Assembly (NCBI GenBank): GCA_965204375.1
Contig: OZ241986.1
Span: 5,792,001 to 5,856,000, forward strand
Direction of reading: 5' to 3'
Length of the DNA stretch: 64,000 nucleotides
DNA from: Candidatus Latescibacterota bacterium
GTDB lineage: Bacteria > Latescibacterota > UBA2968
Part shown: positions 20,585 to 31,600 of the stretch, piece after piece
Layout: each line of letters opens with the position of its first letter
Numbering within the stretch: position 1 is the stretch's first letter
The notes under the pieces: generated by a model
Database searches by the model: none
What the model was told of the DNA's origin: nothing
Seen by the model: the letters and a program-made list of their open reading frames with translations, nothing else
Translations under genes and position numbers: made by a program

Positions 20585-22423
20585 ATGCCGATGAAAAAAA
20601 TGATACGGGTTCTTCTGGTCGGCGTTTGTCTGGCGTGTAAGCCCTCTCAACCCGATGTATCTACGGAGTTCGTCGGTGTACATCGCTGTGTGAGTTGCCA
20701 CATGGAAGCGTATCAAGAATGGCAACGCACGACCCATGCGACTTCCATGCAAGAAGCGACTCCGCAGACTGTTAAGGGCGATTTCATAAAAAATAACGCC
20801 TATACTTTCGGCGGTATTACCTCTACAATGAGCCTTCAGGATGGTCGCTATTTTATTACGACACCGGGGGCTGATGGGGCGCAAGGTACCCACGAGGTGC
20901 TATACACTATTGGCGACCGGGATACGCAGTGGTACATCACTGAGCTTCCCGGAGGCCATTTGCAGATTCTTCCGGTTTATTTCGATGTTCGCAGAAATAC
21001 CTGGTACAATCCCGTTGAAGGTATTATCGCCTCGCCGTCCGAACGGCCTTTAGATCCCCGCGATACGTCGTTCTGGATGCATTTTGGACGCAATTGGAGC
21101 GCGCAGTGTTTTGACTGCCACGCCAGCCAGATTGAGGTCAATTACGATCCCGATGCGGGCACTTATGATTCCCGCTGGGTGGATCTGAGCATCAATTGCG
21201 AAACCTGCCACGGTTCCGGGCAGGGCCATGTCGCGTTTTGGGAGCGGGCGCTGACAGACGCCGATGCCGCCAGCATGCAGGATACTTCGCTGGTGAATTT
21301 GAGAATGCTCTCCGCAGAACAATCCGTGGAACTCTGCGCGCAGTGCCACGCGACGAAGCGCATTTTGAAACTGGGCTATCGACCCGGCGACAATTTCTAC
21401 GATTTTTACGAACCTGTTGTTCTGGATTTTGAAGGTATGTGGCCCGATGGTCGCTACCGGCATCTCGCGTATAATTATACGGCGCTCACGCTCAGTCCCT
21501 GTTATACGGAGGGGGGGGTGACGTGTTTGACGTGTCATCCGTCCCACGGTCCGGAGGGGGAGAAGAAGACAAGGGCAGATTTCGACGGTATATGTATGCA
21601 GTGTCACCGGGATATACAGCCCCGAGAACACAGCCGCCACGAGCAGTACATAGCCTGTGTAGATTGTCACATGCCCCCTATTCCAGAAGTGCGCCGGGTG
21701 CGCGTGTTTGACCACCGCATTGCGTCTCCTGTTCCAGCGAATACCGTGCGCTTTGGCATTCCAAATGCCTGCGGCGAATGCCACGGGGACCGCACACCCG
21801 AATGGGCTGTGGAAAATACAGAAGCCTGGTGGGGGAAACAGGATGATTATCTTTTCCAAACGGCGACTATTGCACTGGGGCGACAGGGAAATCCGATGGC
21901 TGTGTCTCCTCTGAGAGACGCGTTGCTCGATCTGTCCAATAATCCCACGCGGCGGGCTTCTGCGGCTCTACTTCTGGGGCGCACCCGGTCCTCACAGGCG
22001 GTGCCTGTGCTCCTCAACGCTTTGAAAGATCCGCATCCGCTCATTCGCGCAAAGGCGGTAGAAGGTCTGGGTCTGATCGGTCAGGCGCGGGTTGTGCCTG
22101 CACTTGTTCCATTGTTAGACGATCCGGTTCGGCTTGTGCGGTTTGCCCTCGTGCCGGCTATCGAAAATCTGGGCACACATCATCTTAAGGACCAGGACTT
22201 CAAGCGCTATCGTGCCATTTTTGCCGAGTACGAACAGGCGAGTAAAGAGGTCTGGGGGACTGACCCTTATGTGCATTCGTTTCTCGGATGGGCTTATGTG
22301 AGACGGGGGAATACGGAATCGGCCCAGCGCGCTTTCCAGCGGGCACTGCGGATTTGGCCCGGTATTGAGGACGCGGCCAGAGGACTGGTGCAGATACATA
22401 ACTCAGAAAAAAATGACCGATGA
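20585..22423 (+). CDS. Octaheme c-type cytochrome lipoprotein with C-terminal HEAT and TPR repeats
   Basis: Eight CxxCH motifs (CVSCH, CFDCH, CETCH, CAQCH, CLTCH, CMQCH, CVDCH, CGECH). Lipobox CLAC, HEAT repeats and one TPR. Confidence 0.85.
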   Translation: MPMKKMIRVLLVGVCLACKPSQPDVSTEFVGVHRCVSCHMEAYQEWQRTTHATSMQEATPQTVKGDFIKNNAYTFGGITSTMSLQDGRYFITTPGADGAQGTHEVLYTIGDRDTQWYITELPGGHLQILPVYFDVRRNTWYNPVEGIIASPSERPLDPRDTSFWMHFGRNWSAQCFDCHASQIEVNYDPDAGTYDSRWVDLSINCETCHGSGQGHVAFWERALTDADAASMQDTSLVNLRMLSAEQSVELCAQCHATKRILKLGYRPGDNFYDFYEPVVLDFEGMWPDGRYRHLAYNYTALTLSPCYTEGGVTCLTCHPSHGPEGEKKTRADFDGICMQCHRDIQPREHSRHEQYIACVDCHMPPIPEVRRVRVFDHRIASPVPANTVRFGIPNACGECHGDRTPEWAVENTEAWWGKQDDYLFQTATIALGRQGNPMAVSPLRDALLDLSNNPTRRASAALLLGRTRSSQAVPVLLNALKDPHPLIRAKAVEGLGLIGQARVVPALVPLLDDPVRLVRFALVPAIENLGTHHLKDQDFKRYRAIFAEYEQASKEVWGTDPYVHSFLGWAYVRRGNTESAQRAFQRALRIWPGIEDAARGLVQIHNSEKNDR

Positions 22424-22466
22424 GTAGAGAACCCACCGGTCGTTTTGTTTGGATTTGGAGCGTCCG

Positions 22467-23480
22467 TCAGAACGATCCGGTTATGGATACGCGCAGGGGC
22501 GGATCAAATAAATGGCCGAAATTTATATATGCAAAATCGACACCGATCTTTCGCCCCACGCCCAGATCCTTTTGGACGCCGCCGCCCAGTGTCCAGGTAC
22601 CCAGGTCGTAACGCCCCCGGTAACCGGCGCGCAGTGCCAGCGTGTTGGCGACCCACAATTCGCCGCCTACGTGCCAGCGCTCGCGGTCGTCAATGTGGTG
22701 TACGAGTTCTGCTGCCACGGTCAGATACGTGGGGTCTCCCTTGCGCCCATAAGGCTCCATTGCCAGGGCGATGGTGTAGATCAAGGGCTGGGCAATCGAA
22801 GTGCCCTGCGGCAGGGAACCGGGAATCACCAGTTCCTGGTCTTTGCCGAAGTTGCGAAGCGTCATGGCCAGGCGCGAACTGCCAAATCCGGTGTAAAAAA
22901 CACTGGAAAAATCAAACGAGGCACTGTTGATCTTGTCCTGGTCCAGTGTCTCTTGAATCCACTTTATAGACGCACCCAGCGACAATTTGTCCGTCATCTT
23001 GTACGCGTAACCGAAGTTTATGAAAATATCGCCGGCCGATATATCCCGCGTGAAACGCCCTTGAGGATCCAGAGGCGTAGTCTCTCGGGAAGTGCCCGCG
23101 TCAAACTGAACGACCGATAGTCCAAAGGTCTGTTGGCCGTATCGCCAGGCGACTGCACCGTTGAAAAATTTTGAATCTACCATCCAGCGCGTATATCCCA
23201 GGGCATATTCGAATCGCTCGATATGGGTCAATGCCGCCGTGTTCCAGAACATCGCATTGATGTCGTCGGCTGCGGCTGTAAACGCATCGCCCATTGCGGC
23301 TGCCCGTGCGCTTTGTCCCACTTTCAATGCGTGGAACGAAGCCCGTCCGGTTCCGTGGAACTCTTTTGTCCGATGCTGGCCCGCGCGCACGCCGGACGGC
23401 AACTGATAATTTTGCGCCCAGGCGTCTGACCCCAAAAGCCCGACGGCCAGGAGCATCGTATAAATAGTTAATCGTTTCAC
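22467..23480 (-). CDS. PorV/PorQ-family outer-membrane barrel
   Basis: LKVGQSARAAAMGDA...NAMFWN motif, LALRAGY, C-terminal Phe, signal peptide. Confidence 0.8.
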   Translation of the reverse strand: MKRLTIYTMLLAVGLLGSDAWAQNYQLPSGVRAGQHRTKEFHGTGRASFHALKVGQSARAAAMGDAFTAAADDINAMFWNTAALTHIERFEYALGYTRWMVDSKFFNGAVAWRYGQQTFGLSVVQFDAGTSRETTPLDPQGRFTRDISAGDIFINFGYAYKMTDKLSLGASIKWIQETLDQDKINSASFDFSSVFYTGFGSSRLAMTLRNFGKDQELVIPGSLPQGTSIAQPLIYTIALAMEPYGRKGDPTYLTVAAELVHHIDDRERWHVGGELWVANTLALRAGYRGRYDLGTWTLGGGVQKDLGVGRKIGVDFAYINFGHLFDPPLRVSITGSF

Positions 23481-23538
23481 ATCTACTCTCCTTTGTTTGC
23501 AGAGAGGCGGAACAGAGCGCCCGCCCCTCCCGTCGGTC

Positions 23539-26037
23539 TTACTGGATAATCAGAAAACTGCCCGTTTGAACCTTGCCTTCTTGTCCGGGTACCAGCGATT
23601 CTACGGCAAAGAAATAAATCCCCGGAGATGCATACGATGTGCCAGAACGCGCCCGTTGCGTCCAGCTCACTTCTGCCGTGTGTTGCGCGCCGCGCGTCCC
23701 ATCGTGTACTATCTCCATGACCAGGTCTCCCGCAGCCGTGAAGATCGAGATGCGGGCCAGACGCGGCAGGTTGGTGAACCGCATGCGCTTGTTGTTGTCG
23801 CCCTGCGCCCCAAAGGAATGCATTCCGTCATCCTTCCACGGATTTGGAACTACGAGCACTTTTTCCTCTAAGGCATCGAATCCATCTGAGGCAGCTACAA
23901 CAGGTGTAAACTGACCGCCGACTGTGTTGTGCCGCGCGGCCGTCACAATATGGCTCGACTCGGTCCCCGCGCGGATGTGGTTCTGAACCACGGGGGGCAG
24001 ATCTGCAAGTGTTGTTGGGACGGGCATTTGCGCGCCTGAAATCGCATTTCTCTGCGCATTAAGGTTCTCCCAGTTCGCATGCCCATTGGCATAGGTTACG
24101 ATATTGTACCGATACCCGAATCCCGTAACAGAGTTCTCATCGGCAAAAGTATAAATCCCGGTCGATGCATCGTAATACCTCGGATCTTTTGCCTGAATTG
24201 TGGCGATCAGATTCCAAGGACCCAGAGGCGCGCCGGCATGCTGCACGGGATCTGTCTGGATCAGCGCCGTGTTCCCGTAAATTTTGTAACCGGCCACATC
24301 CTGCGCCTCGCCGCCCGTATAATCCGGGTGTACCGCATCGTCGGCACCGTCGCTCCAGGACAGTTCCACGTTGCCATTTGCGTTGCTGCGAAGCAAAACG
24401 GGACGGTCGGTTTCGGCGCGAGCAAGCGATTCCACATCTGGCGGTTGATTGGGCAGGTCAAATCCCATTGCGTACAATTGACGCGCGCGGTCGATGTGGT
24501 TGAACAAAATATCCTCACCGCCGGGTACCTGAGCTTGAGCACCTGGCGTCATTGCCCAGATGCGAAAGTCCATCGGCTCACCGCCCGGACCCGCATTCTC
24601 GGCGGCCATACCCGCGGCAAAAACCACCACGATTTTTGCCTTGTCGCCCGGTGCCAATTTCCAGGGACCGAACATCTGCGAGTGCAATTGCTCCTGCAAC
24701 TCTCGCTCACCGGGATTTGGACCACCCTCAATCGGGTTGTCGTCATAGGGCTTGCCGGGGGTGATAAACTTCTTCCACAACTCTTCAACCGTATCAATTG
24801 TCTCATGGGGTTCAAACTCGATGTTCGTGCGGCTTCGGCGCTTCCACCAGTGTGCATACGCAGGCTGACTGACGGGAATATCCTCGCCCCCCATCGCCGT
24901 GCCCGTAATCGGCACATAGGTTTCCGGATCATTGATAAAGGGCGGTGTCACATCCACAGGTCCCCAGCCTATGTATTGCGGCGAATACAATTCTTGCTCT
25001 GCCCGATATCCGATCACACCAATGGCTTCTGCACCGAATCGGGGTTCACCCATGTCGTTGTTTGAACTGGTGGGTGCATCGCCATCGTATTGATACGATA
25101 TCTTTTTACCGCGGTATTTCCCACCGTAATTGGCGGCCTCGGTAAACTGATACCGGTCGTCTTCCAGGCGCCGCCCCGGCTCGGAAAACCAGTAGCCGTT
25201 CCACTTGCGATACGAGTGCCCGGGCTTGTTCACGCTGAAATAGTTCAAATAACCCATATACACTTCTTCATAAGATCTGTCTGAGGTATTCTCCACGACC
25301 AGTTCTACAAAGAAGAAATCGTCGTAATCCGGATGGCTCCATCCATACGCTGTCCGCGTCATTGTCATGCCGGTCCCATCTGGCTCGATATTCGTGTTGC
25401 TGCGCCATTTTGAAATCACGATCTCTTCTGGAAAGTGATCGAATTGGGGCAGCGTATATGACCCGTTTTCGCGGTAATTATCCACTTCCACAGGCTCGTC
25501 GGAAATTGGCTTAGATTGCTCGGCGATTCCGCCGCGGTCCGAGTTGAACCACACGTTGGCGTCCTGGGTATCATACCCCAACCGAGCGGCTATGATCGGC
25601 GGGTCTTGCCCGTTTCGCAAGCGCAAATTACCCGATCCAGGCGTCAAATCTGGCACCACCTGCTCCACATCCCCGGTGTTGGACACCGGCCCGGAGGATG
25701 TGACATAGGTATTTCCACTCGCATCCCGCGCGAGTATCCACACCCCCTGGCCCTTCGAGTTGTCGTAGTCCTGGTCTCGACCTCTGAAGCTACCCGATGT
25801 CGAAGATCCCGTATAAATATACGGATATGTCATCGAACCGTTTTCCCTCGCCACATACCCTTCCGACCCCAGGGCAAATGTCCCGCCCTGCTGTCCCGTG
25901 TTGCGAAACGATTCCGACAGCTTTGACCGGTCAATCTGCTTCATTGGCACTGGTTCATCCACCGCCTGAACCCCTGTCACAAATAGTCCAGTCAGAAAAA
26001 TGCCCGCAAGCGCCTTACCAATTATTTGTTTAAACAT
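23539..26037 (-). CDS. Large secreted protein with a T9SS type-A/FlgD-like C-terminal domain
   Basis: Signal peptide. C-terminus VVPNPWK...FTNLP..A.ISIFT.AGDLV...W....SPGIYFFAVE...FLII. Confidence 0.7.
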   Translation of the reverse strand: MFKQIIGKALAGIFLTGLFVTGVQAVDEPVPMKQIDRSKLSESFRNTGQQGGTFALGSEGYVARENGSMTYPYIYTGSSTSGSFRGRDQDYDNSKGQGVWILARDASGNTYVTSSGPVSNTGDVEQVVPDLTPGSGNLRLRNGQDPPIIAARLGYDTQDANVWFNSDRGGIAEQSKPISDEPVEVDNYRENGSYTLPQFDHFPEEIVISKWRSNTNIEPDGTGMTMTRTAYGWSHPDYDDFFFVELVVENTSDRSYEEVYMGYLNYFSVNKPGHSYRKWNGYWFSEPGRRLEDDRYQFTEAANYGGKYRGKKISYQYDGDAPTSSNNDMGEPRFGAEAIGVIGYRAEQELYSPQYIGWGPVDVTPPFINDPETYVPITGTAMGGEDIPVSQPAYAHWWKRRSRTNIEFEPHETIDTVEELWKKFITPGKPYDDNPIEGGPNPGERELQEQLHSQMFGPWKLAPGDKAKIVVVFAAGMAAENAGPGGEPMDFRIWAMTPGAQAQVPGGEDILFNHIDRARQLYAMGFDLPNQPPDVESLARAETDRPVLLRSNANGNVELSWSDGADDAVHPDYTGGEAQDVAGYKIYGNTALIQTDPVQHAGAPLGPWNLIATIQAKDPRYYDASTGIYTFADENSVTGFGYRYNIVTYANGHANWENLNAQRNAISGAQMPVPTTLADLPPVVQNHIRAGTESSHIVTAARHNTVGGQFTPVVAASDGFDALEEKVLVVPNPWKDDGMHSFGAQGDNNKRMRFTNLPRLARISIFTAAGDLVMEIVHDGTRGAQHTAEVSWTQRARSGTSYASPGIYFFAVESLVPGQEGKVQTGSFLIIQ

Positions 26038-26100
26038 AAATTCACTCCTTATAGAGGCGCCAGAGCCAGAGCACCTGTTCTGGTCCTCTGGCCCACCGAT

Positions 26101-29100
26101 TTACATGCTGGTGCGCACGCCGAAATAGATTTCCCGGGTGCGATTCGTATAGCTATTCCACTGATCCCAGATCTGGTTGGTGTCCCGCACCACCACTGGC
26201 GTGGGCTGGTTCTCAGCCAGACCGTACTTCGGTATATCGTGGAAGAAATTCCACCTGCGGATCGAACGCGGTTTTTTGGCATTGAACAAATTGGTCGCCT
26301 CAAAGAACAGGGTCGGACGCAACTTCCCAATTCGGAAGCCTTTCTGAATGCCCAGATCCGTGCGGAATGCCGTTGGATTGGTGTACAACAACTGGTTCCT
26401 GATCAACTTGTTGGCAGTCGAAGGAGCTGGCGTGGGCTGGCTATAGCGGAAGAATGTGCCCGGCTCGATTCGCAGCACCAGGTTTACGTTCAGATCGCTC
26501 AACACCTTGCTTCCGGCCACCTCTGGACCATATCCTTCGGGCGTGGCAAACAGGAATGTGATGCTTCCATCGCCCGTGGCATCGCGCATGTTGGCAGGAC
26601 CGCGCACGCCCCCTATCGTGTGTATCCGAGCCGCAATATTCCGCTCGTCGGTCCAGGGGAATCCAACCTGTGCATCGGGCACTTGATTGGCGAATTTTTC
26701 GGTGATCCACAGTTCCCGGTTGGCGTCGATTTCTTTTTGCACCAGCTGGTCGGCAAACATGCCAATGGCATCGACCTCGGCACTCGACAGGGGTTGCCAG
26801 ACGCGCTCACCCGTGGTCGGGTCAATTTCAAACTTAAAGCGATACGCGTCTTTGGCCAGGAAGTCCGAATCCACGAACCAGCGCCCTACCCACTCCCGAC
26901 CGCCGTAGAAGTTGTTCTGCTCCCAGTACCAACTCCACGTTGCGCGGAATGAGAAGAAATTGGTGAACCGCTTGCTCACAGCCAATTCCAGGCCGCGCGT
27001 TTCACCACTGTACGCATTCTGATACCAGTGCGCGCGCTTGATCTGCTTCTCTACCGGATCGTGCAAAAACGTGTTGTTCTGCTGGAGATAGTCTTCTGTG
27101 CGGCGGTAGAACATCGTCGCATTGGCCGTGTAGTCCGAAACAAAGTTCCAATCGACCCCCACTTCGTAGTTCACGGTACTGCCCGGACGCGAATTCGTCG
27201 ATCCGCGCTTGGTCGAGCCCATTTCCAGGCCGCCGTAATACTCATACGAGCTATATCTGCCGTCTGCGTTCAGGTCTTCGGCTATGCTTCGGCCCGAAGC
27301 CGCCTGCCAGGTCTGCCCATACATCGCATAGAAAATCGGGAGGACAAAGAACCGGCCATAGGAGAAGTGAATCGCAGACCGCGCAGTAATCGGGTGAGAC
27401 ACCCCAAAGCGCGGCGACAGCTTGAACATATTCAGACCATCATAAGTCGGGAATGACTGCGGATTGTTGGGATAGGGCGTTTGACCCTGCCGCGCCAACG
27501 ACGCATCTGCATCGGAAAACCAGCGGTTTTGAGGCAGCACCGACCACACGGGTTCGGGACGTGTCTGACCGCCGTGGTCAAACGCATCCAGACGCACGCC
27601 CACGTTTACTACCATCCCCTCAAACTCCATTTTGTCCTGTGCATAAGCTCCAAGCTGGAATGCCTTTCTCGGGTGATCCCGGAAGGCGTTCCAGGCCGGG
27701 TCGTCGAGACTGCTTGCCCGACTTAAATCGGGGAGTTTGACGCCGTTCACAGTCGTGGCGGGCACGAAGTCCATCTGACCATCTGCACCCAGGCGGTTCT
27801 GGGCCGATGCATAGTAGTCGTACATCGTCCAGACCCGATAACTACCCGATGTTCCACGGCTCTGTGACTCCCACTGGTAGGTCTGGAACCACGTTGCCTC
27901 GGCACCTGCCTTAAAGAAATTTCCCTTTGTAACCTGACTGGAGAAATCGAATTTCAAATTGTGGCGCGTTTGACGATTCAATCGGTAGTCCCGAACCTCA
28001 CGAGGTGTTGCCGTAAACCACTTGTCGTGGTCCCGAACCACATTGAACGTTTCTATAGGCATCCCCGATGTGTCTTGCTCGCTGTCTGAACGCGAGAGAC
28101 GCAACTCATACAGGGTGCGCGAAGACAGGGAATGCGTTAAATACGCGTACAACATCGAGTTCCATTCGATCTCTTTGCCCGCACCATCTATGCCTGCGGG
28201 CAAATACAGATCTCGACCGGCTGATAATGCCGACTCTCGCGTGTTGCGGAAACTCTGGTTCGTTCCATACACACCACCCAACTTCAGGTTGATATTGGGC
28301 CTCACGCCAAATGTCAGTTTGCCCGTCATCTGATAATTGGGCAAGTCCCGGAGTGCGGGATTGGGACGCTGTAAGGGTTGCCGATTTGTCTGCGCGCTCA
28401 CGTGGAACGAGGTCTTGTCCCCAATGGGACCCGAAATGGATCCTTCGAGGCGATGCCCCGATACATTTGTATAATCGTCTGGCTGGATATGTACCAGACG
28501 TCCCGAATCATCCGCCGTACCGGGCAATCCATCGGCACCGATATTTTCCTTTTCCTGCAACCAGGCTGGATCGTCCAGGCGGATGCGGCTCCTGCCCGTA
28601 CCCTGGTTCAGGTGAATGATCGGGTCATAGGCATTGAAGCCGTAATGCCGCTTTCCGGCAACTGTATATCGATACTCAAAAAAACCCGTGGTAGTCTCGG
28701 CTACCCTCTCGCGTCACGATATTGATGATCCCGGCGTCCATGTTTCCGTATTCGGCTTCTGGAACACCGGTTACCACAGAGATTTCCTGGATCGATGCGC
28801 GGTTCACACCCGTGAACATATTTGCCGCGCGGCGGTCATTGTTCACCATCCGCACACCGTCAACAGTATAGGTGAGTGAAATGGGCTTTGGCGTTGTCGT
28901 GTACCAGCCCGCACGGCGTTCGCCTTCGTCCATTTGAAAGTTGCCCTGCCGCACTGACCTTCCGTCTTTCTGTACGCCCGGCTGCAAGCCCGCCCACGCC
29001 CGAGCATCTTTGACCACGGGCTGCAAGTCGATCTCGTCAGCCGTTACATAGTATTTGCTCGCGGTCTTGTCCGGCTCTACGGGTGGACGCTCTGCCGTCA

Positions 29101-29449
29101 CGATCAGTTCTTCGGCTTCCAGTGCTGTCTCGGTGAGACTGAAATCCACTGTGGAGGTATAGCCCACCACCACTTTTACATCTTGCTGTACGACCTTCTG
29201 GTACCCCACCAGCGAGGCTTCCAGGCTGTGTGTTCCCGGCAGAACCAGCAAGATGATATAATATCCTTCTGCATCTGCGGTTGCACCCCGGTTTGTTCCC
29301 ACAATCACGACGTTGGCACCGGGCAATGGATCGCCCTTTGTATCCATTACCCTGCCAGCTATTTTACCCGTTGTTGCCGCCTGTGCCCAATCCTGCACAC
29401 CGAGGACACAAACCAGCAAAACGGACAAAAATGCTAACTGTCTTATCAT
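26101..29449 (-). pseudogene. TonB-dependent receptor (carboxypeptidase-like N-domain + plug + barrel) split by a +1 frameshift at a T7 run (28678-28684)
   Basis: ORF 28676-29449 (GKIAGRV, PLPGANV, AEYGN...GIINIVTREG) stops at GGG TTT TTT TGA. Removing one T reads GFFEYRYTVAGKRHYG...AWLQEKENIG straight into ORF 26101-28560 (YAQDKMEF, SPRFGVSHPI, REIYFGVR). Confidence 0.85.
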
Positions 29450-29486
29450 CTCTATGCCTCCTTACATAAAGGGTTGTTCGTTATAC

Positions 29487-30230
29487 TTACATCACATAGT
29501 ATTTGACCGAAAGTCCGATCTCGAAATAGTGCAGCGGAAAGGTCCGCGCGACGCCATAAGATTCCAGCTGGCGCAATTCCCCGATCAGCAAGTTCCACCG
29601 CGCCCGCGCATCAACTGCTGCGCGACCACCTGCTAATACCTCTATACCCAAACCCACGTTGAGCCCCCACGCCACATCCGTATCGTCAAACGGCGCCAAC
29701 TCCAATGTCGTATCAATCCCTCCGCCCAGATTCGGTTGTCCTGCAAAGATCAGGCCCGACACCGAATTTTTGTAGTGGTAAAACCCACCGCCATAGGCGA
29801 TGAAGGGACCTCCGGTCACGCCATCCGAACCACCTGTTCGCTCTTTCAGGTGATACAGGCCGTTGATCGTAAACGCATTGACCGTCATGTAATTGCGCGC
29901 CAGCGGGCTTGTGATTTTCTGCCACTCCTCCGGCTTGTCTTCGGGCCAGTAAAAGGTGGCGTCTTCGATTTTGCCGGGATCAAAGCGCGTGCGGTGAAAT
30001 TCCACCTCTAAGGTATTGCGCGCATCTCGCGCATAGGTGAAATACAGCCCGAATGCTTCCTGTGCGCGGAAACGATCACTCATGCCGAACACGGGAAAGT
30101 TGAAGTTTCCGCTCAAACCCAAGCCAACTTTCCCCACCACGCCCGTGTCCTGTCCATGGGCATCGCCATAGCTATTGCCCGGAAGCGCGAAGAATATCAA
30201 ACAAACTGCGGAAATTATCCCTCGTTTCAT
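29487..30230 (-). CDS. Outer-membrane beta-barrel protein
   Basis: Signal peptide, alternating amphipathic strands, C-terminal FEIGLSVKYY. AAGGAGG RBS. Confidence 0.65.
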   Translation of the reverse strand: MKRGIISAVCLIFFALPGNSYGDAHGQDTGVVGKVGLGLSGNFNFPVFGMSDRFRAQEAFGLYFTYARDARNTLEVEFHRTRFDPGKIEDATFYWPEDKPEEWQKITSPLARNYMTVNAFTINGLYHLKERTGGSDGVTGGPFIAYGGGFYHYKNSVSGLIFAGQPNLGGGIDTTLELAPFDDTDVAWGLNVGLGIEVLAGGRAAVDARARWNLLIGELRQLESYGVARTFPLHYFEIGLSVKYYVM

Positions 30231-30641
30231 ACGCGACCCTCCTTGTGAATGGCCCACTCAATGCGAGTGGAAATAATTAATGTGAAATACTATTTATCTT
30301 TATAGCTAATAAAAGTACGGATTAACAATAAATAATAATTATAATGATAATAAATATTAGCTCACCAAAAATTTAAAACGCCTGTACTCAGATGTCAAGC
30401 GGTTTCGGTTTTATTCAAGAAGAAATTTTCTATCTGACAGAAAGAGAATTCAGGAGAGTGCTTTGAACAAGCGTTCACGGACGTAGTCCACAAAGCTACG
30501 AGGTTATACGAAGGATGGATTTCAGGGTAGGTATTAGATGTATTAAATACCCCTGTATAAAGTGCTTGTGTTTGCTTATGGTTTTTGTATATAAATATGC
30601 TGGGAATCAGAGCACCCACTATCAGCTCAGGAGATTTGGGT

Positions 30642-31334
30642 ATGTTAAGGGTGCCTGTCGTATTTGCTTTATTGGTTTTTGTAACCCCTGCCTCGGCCGA
30701 TCCTCCACGGCTTTATATTGATACGCTGATTGAAAATCCCGCGTATAACAATAACTTACAGGAGTTGACAGAGAAACAACCGGGTGATACCATCAAATTT
30801 CAGATTTTTGCACCTGACGCTGCAGGGCAAAAGAGTCACGGTTACGTTGTTGAACTGGCTTTGCAGGGCAAAGCGTTTGACAGTTATATCGGCGATATCA
30901 ACGGAATTGGATGGACTGAAAAAAATATGCACTTTGCCCGTGCCAGGTCGGGCAATCCGACCTTAGCTATGCTATCTCTCGCTACGGTAACGATTCCGGC
31001 GAACGGGTACTTAGGCCAGATTACACTGAACGTGGCACATCCGCTAACTTCAGATATTGTTCTCATTATTCAAGCAGCAGCATGGGCAAACGGGGATGGG
31101 ATTCAAAATATGGATGCGTCCGGCGCAGCGATATCCTTTATGGAAACTCCCCCTTTTCCCGGCGATTTTGACGGTAATGAGATTGTCAACATGGCCGACT
31201 TCTTGTTCTTTGTTGCTGCATTTGGTACCCGGTCGGGAGATGCCAAATACAATGTGCTGGCGGATATGAATCGCAACGGGACCGTTGATATGTTTGACTT
31301 TTTACTCTTTGTCACTGCGTTTGGTGGTTCATAG
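30642..31334 (+). CDS. Secreted protein with a C-terminal dockerin/EF-hand-like domain
   Basis: Signal peptide. Two Ca-binding repeats GDFDGNEIVNMADF and DMNRNGTVDMFDF. AGGAG RBS before ATG 30642. Confidence 0.75.
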   Translation: MLRVPVVFALLVFVTPASADPPRLYIDTLIENPAYNNNLQELTEKQPGDTIKFQIFAPDAAGQKSHGYVVELALQGKAFDSYIGDINGIGWTEKNMHFARARSGNPTLAMLSLATVTIPANGYLGQITLNVAHPLTSDIVLIIQAAAWANGDGIQNMDASGAAISFMETPPFPGDFDGNEIVNMADFLFFVAAFGTRSGDAKYNVLADMNRNGTVDMFDFLLFVTAFGGS

Positions 31335-31357
31335 AGTATGAAGTGGTTAATAGACCG

Positions 31358-31397
31358 ACCCCGCAAAGTGCTAACCACATTTTGCGGGGTTTTGTTT
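31358..31397 (+). terminator. Intrinsic terminator
   Basis: ACCCCGCAAA...TTTGCGGGGT stem followed by TTTGTTT, 24 nt after the dockerin gene stop. Confidence 0.75.
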
Positions 31398-31600
31398 ATG
31401 TGCTGTCCTTATAATGAAAATAAAAAAAAGTGCCATTTACGATTTTTTATGCAAAAAGTAGAAATATGCGGCACATAATAAGAAATAAGCGTAGTATTTT
31501 TTGAATTGCAATTCCACAAACGATTGTATTATTTTAAATTAAAAAGCCGCCGACAAGACCTGGAAAAGTCCCCTGTTAGCGGCGGGTTAGTATCTCAAGA

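Noticed and set aside
5917-26952. Long alternative-frame or antisense ORFs (e.g. 5917-6855, 12257-13159, 14267-15418, 24079-25065, 26026-26952)
   Set aside because: They fully overlap well-supported genes, show no motifs, and are expected shadow ORFs in GC-rich coding DNA.
30260-30620. AT-rich stretch and ORF 30395-30619 as a gene or ncRNA
   Set aside because: It looks like a divergent promoter region between the barrel operon and the dockerin gene. There is no convincing coding or structural signal.
30642-31334. Cellulosome component
   Set aside because: There is only a dockerin/EF-hand-like tail, with no scaffoldin or glycoside hydrolase nearby.
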